IMG/VR virus record: IMGVR_UViG_3300042987_001364
Span: 1 to 62,900 of that record
Strand: one strand, 5' to 3'
Length of the DNA stretch: 62,900 bases
Source of the DNA: a virus
Lineage: Duplodnaviria; Caudoviricetes
Made by a program: the position numbers and the translations under genes. Positions 56,927 through 62,900 of the stretch are shown piece after piece (within the stretch, counting starts at the first letter, position 1; every line of letters starts with the position of its first letter). The notes beneath the pieces were generated by a model. That model was not told where the DNA came from. It saw only the letters and a list, made by a program, of their open reading frames with translations, and did not search any database.

Positions 56927-58395
56927 TCCTCAAGCTACGTGACTATCAGGAAGAATCCATTCGCAAACTGAGGGAGGGATTCGCCGCCGGCAAGAAGGCT
57001 CAGATGCTGTACTTGGCGACGGGTGGAGGCAAAAGCGAAGTCGCGGCTTACATGCTCGACAAAGCCCGAGAGAAGGGCAACAGGTCAGCCATGATTCTGG
57101 ACCGTGTGGTGCTGGTCAATCAGATGTCTGAGAGGCTGGATAAGTACAGCATCGAGCACGGTGTCCTACAGGCTGGACACTGGCGTTACCGGCCCTATGA
57201 GTTCATCCAGGTGTGCTCAGCACAGACCCTTGAGCGTCGAGGCCAGATGGAAAATCTCACCCTCGTGGTGGTCGATGAGGCCCACTGCACCAGGGCGCAG
57301 ACGCTGGAGTGGATCAAGAATAATCCACAAGTGAAGGTAATCGGTCTATCGGCCACGCCTTTCACCAAGGGGCTGGCAAAAACTTATGACGGAATCGTCA
57401 GTACCTGCACCACGAAACAATTGGTCGATCAGGGCGTGCTCGTACCACTGAAGGTGTTCATATCAAAAGAAGTTGATATGACCGGAGCCAAGAAGGTCGC
57501 TGGGGAGTGGTCGGGTGCCGAGGCAGGCGAGCGCGGCATCAAGATCGTCGGAGACGTAGTAGCTGAGTGGATCAAGAAGACTCACGAAATCTTCGGCCGG
57601 CCTGTCAAGACTATCGTGTTCAGTAGTGGTGTCGCACATGGTACGGAGTTGTCTCGGAAGTTTCAGGAGCAAGGGTATAACTTTATCTGTGTTTCATACC
57701 GGGATGATTCGGAGTTCAAAAGAGACCTGATCGCAGATTTTCAGAAGCCGGATACAGAAATACACGGCCTGATCGCAACGGACATTCTAACCAAAGGATT
57801 TGACTGTCCCGACGTTCTCATGGGCGTGTCAGCAAGGCCATTCGCTCGGTCGCTATCTTCACACATTCAGCAGATGGGGCGTGTCATGCGCGGCGCTCCC
57901 AATAAATCCTTCGGCGTTTGGCTGGACTTCAGCGGCAACTATCTCCGGTTCCGTGAAGACTGGGAAAACATCTACGAAAATGGCGTAGATTCGTTGAACG
58001 ACAACAAAGAGCGTGTAAAGAAAGAGCCCACGCCGAAGGAAAAGGAAGACAGTAAATGCCCCAGTTGTCAGACCTTATGGGTTAAGGGCTGGAGAAATTG
58101 TGGGCACTGCGGATTCATGCGTGAGCGCCCGAGCATGGTTGAATCCGTCCCCGGCCAGATGGAAGAGCTAACCGTCGGAAGTAAAGACGAGAAACAGAAG
58201 TTCTGGTCCATGTGCCGATACAAGGTAATGATTGAGGGTTGGTCGCCTGGGCGAGCAGCGCACACGTACAGAGCAAGATTTTCGGTATGGCCCCGGCTCT
58301 TGGACAACGAGACAATCCTAGTCCCGGACATTGAGTTTGACCGGTTCGTAAATAAGCTTCTGAGGGCTTACCTTCGGAAGGTGAGGGCAGCATGA
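56923..58395 (+). CDS. Superfamily 2 DNA helicase (DEAH) with zinc ribbon
   Basis: LRDYQ, ATGGGKS, VVDEAH, GLSATP, TKGFD, QQMGRVMR; CPSC...CGHC. Confidence 0.93.
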   Translation: MILKLRDYQEESIRKLREGFAAGKKAQMLYLATGGGKSEVAAYMLDKAREKGNRSAMILDRVVLVNQMSERLDKYSIEHGVLQAGHWRYRPYEFIQVCSAQTLERRGQMENLTLVVVDEAHCTRAQTLEWIKNNPQVKVIGLSATPFTKGLAKTYDGIVSTCTTKQLVDQGVLVPLKVFISKEVDMTGAKKVAGEWSGAEAGERGIKIVGDVVAEWIKKTHEIFGRPVKTIVFSSGVAHGTELSRKFQEQGYNFICVSYRDDSEFKRDLIADFQKPDTEIHGLIATDILTKGFDCPDVLMGVSARPFARSLSSHIQQMGRVMRGAPNKSFGVWLDFSGNYLRFREDWENIYENGVDSLNDNKERVKKEPTPKEKEDSKCPSCQTLWVKGWRNCGHCGFMRERPSMVESVPGQMEELTVGSKDEKQKFWSMCRYKVMIEGWSPGRAAHTYRARFSVWPRLLDNETILVPDIEFDRFVNKLLRAYLRKVRAA

Positions 58396-59297
58396 CCTTC
58401 ATCGAATTTTGCTGTGCTCACGGCATCATCATCACGCACCCGCCTCGCCTGGGAGTGTGGGAGCGGTTCCCCACCGAGTCACACCCCAAGAAAAAGAACG
58501 GTGCCGTGAAGTGGATGGGCGACCACGGATTCCTACAGGATCACGCTGTCCACACGGAGGTAATCTTCTGGCGTGAAGACAAGCCGATCAAGATTGATCC
58601 GCGCGTCACCATGCAAGCCCTGACCCAAGCCCAAGAAGAGCGCAAACGGCTACAGGAAAACGCCGCGATGCGGGCCTCGATGATCTTAAATCGATGCGTC
58701 TATGGAAGACACGACTACCTTCGGAAGAAAGGATTTCCAGACGAGAAGGGGTTGATCTGGTGCCACGATCAGACGGAGCATTTTGTAGTTCCAATGTACG
58801 ATGAGCTTAACCGTCTGATAGGAATGCAAACAATCGACGCCGAAGGGAATAAAAAGTTCCTGTACGGACAGCGCACAAAAGGCGCAGAGTTCATCATCGG
58901 ACGGCAAGGGCCAGACATACTCTGTGAAGGATACGCGACAGGCTTATCTATCCGCGCCGCGATGCAGTCACTAAAACACCTATGGAAAATTCACGTATGT
59001 TTCAGTGCGAACAACCTGCTAACAATCGCTAGTCGTTTGAAACCGGGTCTTGTGGTCGCGGATAATGACAAAAGCGGTACGGGCGAGACAATCGCCAAAA
59101 AAACAGGGTGGCCGTACTGGATCAGTCCCACAGTCGGCCAGGATTTTAATGACTACCATCAAGAGCACGGACTGTTTCGCGCAGCCAGTAACCTCTGGCG
59201 ATCACTGTACAAGCGTGCACCGGAGAATCGGAGAGACCCTGACACGTTCGCCAGCAGCATCAAGTGCCGCCAGTTGTCCGATCAGGTCAAGCCCTAG
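58392..59297 (+). CDS. TOPRIM-domain DNA primase
   Basis: HDYLRKKG, VPMYD, LCEGYATGLS, VADND and DFND motifs. Confidence 0.88.
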   Translation: MTFIEFCCAHGIIITHPPRLGVWERFPTESHPKKKNGAVKWMGDHGFLQDHAVHTEVIFWREDKPIKIDPRVTMQALTQAQEERKRLQENAAMRASMILNRCVYGRHDYLRKKGFPDEKGLIWCHDQTEHFVVPMYDELNRLIGMQTIDAEGNKKFLYGQRTKGAEFIIGRQGPDILCEGYATGLSIRAAMQSLKHLWKIHVCFSANNLLTIASRLKPGLVVADNDKSGTGETIAKKTGWPYWISPTVGQDFNDYHQEHGLFRAASNLWRSLYKRAPENRRDPDTFASSIKCRQLSDQVKP

Positions 59298-59393
59298 TTC
59301 TAGCACCGCTTCACCTTCGCCAGTGTAGTCAGCGTGAGCGGTGATGTATCCGTCAGATTCGATGAGGTGGATGGTAAAGATTTTAGGATTCAT
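59202..59393 (-). CDS. Hypothetical protein
   Basis: 63 aa convergent ORF overlapping the primase 3' end. Confidence 0.35.
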   Translation of the reverse strand: MNPKIFTIHLIESDGYITAHADYTGEGEAVLELGLDLIGQLAALDAAGERVRVSPILRCTLVQ

Positions 59394-59401
59394 AGGGCAC
59401 C

Positions 59402-59429
59402 AAAAGAAAAACCCCGCGCATGGCGGGGT
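59402..59429 (-). terminator. Intrinsic terminator of the leftward early operon
   Basis: ACCCCGC/GCGGGGT hairpin preceded on the + strand by AAAAGAAAA. Confidence 0.75.
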
Positions 59430-59493
59430 AAAGCATTATCGGAAAACATATAATAGGAAAAGTGCGAAGATGACAAGGTAAAAAATGCTCTCT

Positions 59494-59700
59494 TTATCTG
59501 TCATTTTTCGCATTAACCTTTTTTTGCCAGCGCACAAGAAACGAGATAGCTCCGTCAAAAGCATGCTCCCGAGACACAGCAGCATCTACTAAAAAGGCGT
59601 GTTCGTCGATGAAAAACGAGTGCCCGATCATGTCGCCCGTAAGAGCGCGAGAGATTTTCGGGGAGGCATAGATGCCGGCATCGGTCACAATCCAGAACAT
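59494..59700 (-). CDS. Hypothetical protein
   Basis: Member of the leftward operon. Confidence 0.45.
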   Translation of the reverse strand: MFWIVTDAGIYASPKISRALTGDMIGHSFFIDEHAFLVDAAVSREHAFDGAISFLVRWQKKVNAKNDR

Positions 59701-59885
59701 TTTTTTTCCCTTTCGTCGATGATAACGGCAGCTAGACTGGCAATCATCAGTTGCGCGATCACCAGCACCACGGCAGATAGATCACTCAGGACGTACTCCC
59801 CCCACAGAAAAACGGTAACACAGGACCCCGCGAGGGACGATGCAAAGATCAAACCATAAAGATAGAGCATGTCAAACCCCCGCAA
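59685..59885 (-). CDS. Small two-TM membrane protein
   Basis: Two hydrophobic segments. Confidence 0.5.
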   Translation of the reverse strand: MRGFDMLYLYGLIFASSLAGSCVTVFLWGEYVLSDLSAVVLVIAQLMIASLAAVIIDEREKKCSGL

Positions 59886-60069
59886 TCAAACGAGCGTAGG
59901 TGTGCGCCGCGTCAAGTTTCTCGGGCGAATAGATACGGGAAGAGGGCACCGCTTCGAAGGCGCCCAGGTCAAACAACACTACGGACAAACGGCCGTCATT
60001 CAAACGATACACACGGCCTTCGAGTCCGTCGCGGTGATTCGTGAAACGTGCTATCAGTTGCGCTTGCAT
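59872..60069 (-). CDS. Hypothetical protein
   Basis: Strong SD ggagat. Confidence 0.55.
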   Translation of the reverse strand: MQAQLIARFTNHRDGLEGRVYRLNDGRLSVVLFDLGAFEAVPSSRIYSPEKLDAAHTYARLIAGV

Positions 60070-60096
60070 TGTTTTTATCTCCCTTTATTGTTGTGG

Positions 60097-60612
60097 TCAG
60101 CGATTCGAGAAAATCCACAGATCGCCATGCCGACCAGCCGTGCAATAATCATGACGAAGGTTACTGTCCCACGAATCTTGCCAGTCAATGACGATCCAGC
60201 ACGGTAAGTCTTTCGGAACCGCGCCAGACTCTTCTGCAATCTGCTGGGCAGCATCCGCGCCAGAATCGAACCGGCCCCAGAATGCTTCACGGGCATTCTC
60301 TATCGTTAGTTCGGTGATGTCGTACCCGGTTGCCTCAGCGTACTTTTCCAGCAACTCGCGGTCATAGTCATCAAGCTCCAGCCATTCAAACAATTCTTCG
60401 GGCAGGCCGCTTTCAGAGTAAAACTCACGCGGGAAACATTGGAAATCTTGAAACATAAATTCAGGGTCAGCTTCGTCCGAATGCAGCTCGGCGCATGCGG
60501 CATAGAAGCCCTCGCGGTCTCCTGCGTAGTCTTCGAGATTGATCCACGCGCCCTTGATACTGCCCGAGTTATATTTGGCATAGGTGCCGACGTATACAGA
60601 TGGTGTTTCCAT
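60097..60612 (-). CDS. ardA: ArdA antirestriction protein
   Basis: VYVGTYAKYNSGSIKGAWINL...EFMFQD; highly acidic; SD ggagat. Confidence 0.9.
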   Translation of the reverse strand: METPSVYVGTYAKYNSGSIKGAWINLEDYAGDREGFYAACAELHSDEADPEFMFQDFQCFPREFYSESGLPEELFEWLELDDYDRELLEKYAEATGYDITELTIENAREAFWGRFDSGADAAQQIAEESGAVPKDLPCWIVIDWQDSWDSNLRHDYCTAGRHGDLWIFSNR

Positions 60613-60675
60613 TTTGTTTTATCTCCAGTTGTGGGCATGTCGCCCCGAAAGCCCAGCACGCCGGGCTTTAAGGGA

Positions 60676-61158
60676 TCACGCAACAGAGGCTGGAACGCGA
60701 TCACCAGATGCCAAGAAAAAATACTCGTTGGCAATTAGGAAATCGTCTACGTAGTCGTCCGATTGTTGGCTTTCAAGATCATCACGAAACGCGACAAGCG
60801 CAGCATGTAGCGCATCATGAAAGGCGATTTTTGCGCTTCCGGTACGTTTGAAACTGTCGTAAAAAGTCTCCCACAGCACACAATCAAGGAAATATCCTGT
60901 GGGCATCGCATCACGCGTAAATGCGTTTAGACGCAATCCACGAAAAATGTCATTCGGTGCGTCCACGTCATAGTGCAGTCGGTCGAAATCATACGAACGC
61001 AAGCGCGCGCCAAAGTGGGTGAGGAAAGAGTCTATGGAATCGCTGGACTCATCAACCCAGCAAGGATTAAGCGCGAGCATTTCACGTCCCCACTGGCGCG
61101 CATGCTCTTTAGCATCATCACTTAATTCGTCAAAAGTGAAAACGGAAATTTGTTTCAT
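60676..61158 (-). CDS. Acidic conserved phage protein
   Basis: VFTFDELSDDAKEHA...PTGYFLD...DFLIANEYFF. Confidence 0.65.
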   Translation of the reverse strand: MKQISVFTFDELSDDAKEHARQWGREMLALNPCWVDESSDSIDSFLTHFGARLRSYDFDRLHYDVDAPNDIFRGLRLNAFTRDAMPTGYFLDCVLWETFYDSFKRTGSAKIAFHDALHAALVAFRDDLESQQSDDYVDDFLIANEYFFLASGDRVPASVA

Positions 61159-61159
61159 G

Positions 61160-61435
61160 TTAAACCCCACATTCAGGATCGATCACGCGCAACAGCGCCC
61201 GGATATCACGGGACAAGGTGCGACAGTTGGGTTTGTTGAACTCTTCGCCCTCTTCGACATAGGGTAGGGCAGCAAGTAGCAAATCGGCCATGTCGGGAGC
61301 GGCAGCGATCAAACGAGCATTGTGGATAGCCGTTGGTCCGATCAATGGAACGGGTTTCCCTTGAGTAGTGACAATGGCAAAGTATCCAGGGCTCCCACAT
61401 TGTTGAAACAGCCAAGGTCCGGGGGTGTGTTTCAT
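61160..61435 (-). CDS. Phage protein, HTPGPW...NARLIAAAP family
   Basis: MKHTPGPW...NARLIAAAPDM. Confidence 0.7.
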   Translation of the reverse strand: MKHTPGPWLFQQCGSPGYFAIVTTQGKPVPLIGPTAIHNARLIAAAPDMADLLLAALPYVEEGEEFNKPNCRTLSRDIRALLRVIDPECGV

Positions 61436-61689
61436 GACTGCACCCCCGCAAAGCGTGGCAGATTGCGAATAAATGTGTTTTCTTGGAACACCTCTTCAAT
61501 TGGCAGGGGCTCATTCCGCGCTTTTTTTGCTTGCGCGAAAATTGCAGCGTCACAGTCTTCCTCTAGATAAACTAGATCGCCGGTTTGGTAGCTATAGCTA
61601 CTGATTTTATTGGCGATGCCCAGAGCGTGTAATTCGGTCAAGGGAACTTCCAACCAGCTATGGCCGGGATCGGAAATAAATTTATACAT
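61432..61689 (-). CDS. Conserved phage protein
   Basis: FISDPGHSWLEV...ISSYSY...YLEEDCDA. Confidence 0.7.
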   Translation of the reverse strand: MYKFISDPGHSWLEVPLTELHALGIANKISSYSYQTGDLVYLEEDCDAAIFAQAKKARNEPLPIEEVFQENTFIRNLPRFAGVQS

Positions 61690-61894
61690 TATTACCCCCA
61701 TTGATAGATTCACTCAGGGCGACGGCCGCAGGATCAACGAAGACCACTTCGAACCCAAGGGCGCGGACATTCGCCAGCGCATCGCGCGAAAGTGTCTTAG
61801 TTCCGGCAATCTTTGCAAATCGGTGGGCGTGTTCGTCGAGCGGGTAGACGGACTGGTTGCCATACACGTTTTTGAGAGTGACTGTGATTTTCAT
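61682..61894 (-). CDS. Conserved phage protein
   Basis: KNVYGNQSVYP...FAKIAGTKTL...LGF; SD actggaga. Confidence 0.7.
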   Translation of the reverse strand: MKITVTLKNVYGNQSVYPLDEHAHRFAKIAGTKTLSRDALANVRALGFEVVFVDPAAVALSESINGGNNV

Positions 61895-62027
61895 TTTCTT
61901 GTATCTCCAGTGAAAGCCCCCGAAGGGGCGAAAGGTTAAAGAGCGCCCATGCGCCACCAGATATAGGCATGCGCTCCGACATACACAGCACCGAATGCCA
62001 GCGCCACCAGGTGCAGCGCATGAATGG

Positions 62028-62077
62028 ATGATAGATACACACCTGATGATAGTCAATGTAACCTATCAGGTCAGGTG
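62028..62077 (-). promoter_or_regulatory. Strong sigma70 promoter of the early leftward operon with flanking inverted repeats
   Basis: Minus strand TTGACT (62056-51)-N17-TATCAT (62033-28); CACCTGA 62040-46 is inverted against TCAGGTG 62071-77. Confidence 0.7.
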
Positions 62078-62179
62078 ATATGTGCCTGTGTGCATTAGGG
62101 CTGTTACGTACGTTCCTATTCCGTTCTCATGCTAAGATCAAGTGCGATGCAGTACAGGACAGGCAAGAGGGGGGAAAAG

Positions 62180-62900
62180 ATGAGCGAAGACAAGTGGGAC
62201 AAGATCGAGCCAGCAGGTAGGGGCAAGCGCGGGCTGTCAGGTGGGAGTGAGGGCGCGGAAAAGAAAAAGAGTAGCGAAGCGAAACGGCTCACACGCAGAC
62301 AGATACAAGAAACAAGACAGACACTTAAAGAGATGTCCCCAGATCAAATGCTCCACGTCGTAGGAGTAAGCAAATCAACACTCACACCAAAGCAAAGAGC
62401 ATACGCATACAACGTCGCAATGGGACACACAGGCGCAGATGCCTACAGGAAAGCGTACAACTGCACAGGAAAACCAAAAACAATCGGGGATCATGCCAGC
62501 CGATTGAAACGCGATGCCCGAATACAGGCGGAAATAGAAGCGTATCAGCTAGCTAATGAAGCGGCGAAACATCGCACCCCTGAGCAGCTAAGAAACCTTG
62601 TAATTCAAACACTTGTACAGCAAGTGATCGATCCCGAAACACCTCCGGCGATACGTACTCAGGCTGTAAAAACGCTCGGTCAGGTCACAGAAGTCGCTGC
62701 ATTTACTGAGCGGAAAGAATCAATTGTACATCATAGCTCAGATGCGTTGCGCACAAAGATAATGGGCGAATTACAGGCATTGATGTCGGGCAAGACTATA
62801 GATGGTGAGCGCATCGAACAGGACGCCTCATCGCTACTGGCCGAGCTATCAGCACCACAAGACACGCCAGGCACAGCCAGCACCGACAGCACAAATGCTA
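62180..62900 (+). CDS. terS: Terminase small subunit; continues across the junction to TGA at 130-132 (about 241 aa)
   Basis: Manual translation gives MSEDKWDKIEP...LTPKQRAYAYNVAMGHTGADAYRKAY...ASRLKRDARIQAEI..., a TerS-type HTH. The frame is open through the repeat and lies upstream of terL. Absent from the ORF track. Confidence 0.8.
   Translation, partial: MSEDKWDKIEPAGRGKRGLSGGSEGAEKKKSSEAKRLTRRQIQETRQTLKEMSPDQMLHVVGVSKSTLTPKQRAYAYNVAMGHTGADAYRKAYNCTGKPKTIGDHASRLKRDARIQAEIEAYQLANEAAKHRTPEQLRNLVIQTLVQQVIDPETPPAIRTQAVKTLGQVTEVAAFTERKESIVHHSSDALRTKIMGELQALMSGKTIDGERIEQDASSLLAELSAPQDTPGTASTDSTNA
62774..62900. repeat. Direct terminal repeat copy 2 (contig circularisation overlap)
   Basis: Identical to 1-127; 127 is a common assembler k-mer length. 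Confidence 0.97.

Overview
The window is a complete, circularly assembled tailed-phage genome of about 62,773 bp; bases 1-127 are repeated at 62774-62900. The gene set suggests a podovirus: a P22-like portal, adaptor and nozzle, four large ejection proteins, and no tape measure or tail tube. The host is probably a betaproteobacterium, inferred from a Burkholderiales-type H-NS. Layout: (1) terminase small subunit across the contig junction, a LexA-like HTH, and terminase large subunit with an Ala-start class 3 LAGLIDADG intein. (2) Portal, GroES, scaffold, capsid, HNH and glycosyltransferase insertions, and small basic core proteins. (3) Adaptor and tail genes, two paralogous fibres, holin and GH108 endolysin, GIY-YIG endonuclease, nozzle and ejection proteins, ending at 41175. 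(4) A leftward H-NS and recombination operon (SSB-like, ERF, PD-(D/E)XK nuclease). (5) An RNA-rich control region at 46.9-49.0 kb. (6) An array of short modular ORFs, then methyltransferase, SF2 helicase and TOPRIM primase. (7) A leftward early operon with ArdA. No integrase, DNA polymerase, reverse transcriptase or CRISPR array was seen. The most unusual part is the non-coding region. It holds a same-strand antisense switch (C4/CI-like logic) whose loop duplicates two segments of a downstream ~380-nt structured RNA. It also holds a chain of overlapping structured RNAs, including two covarying copies of an unrecognised three-way-junction motif flanking an anticodon-less tRNA-like RNA with a 50-nt D-loop insert. 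All family assignments come from motif recognition by eye, not from database searches.
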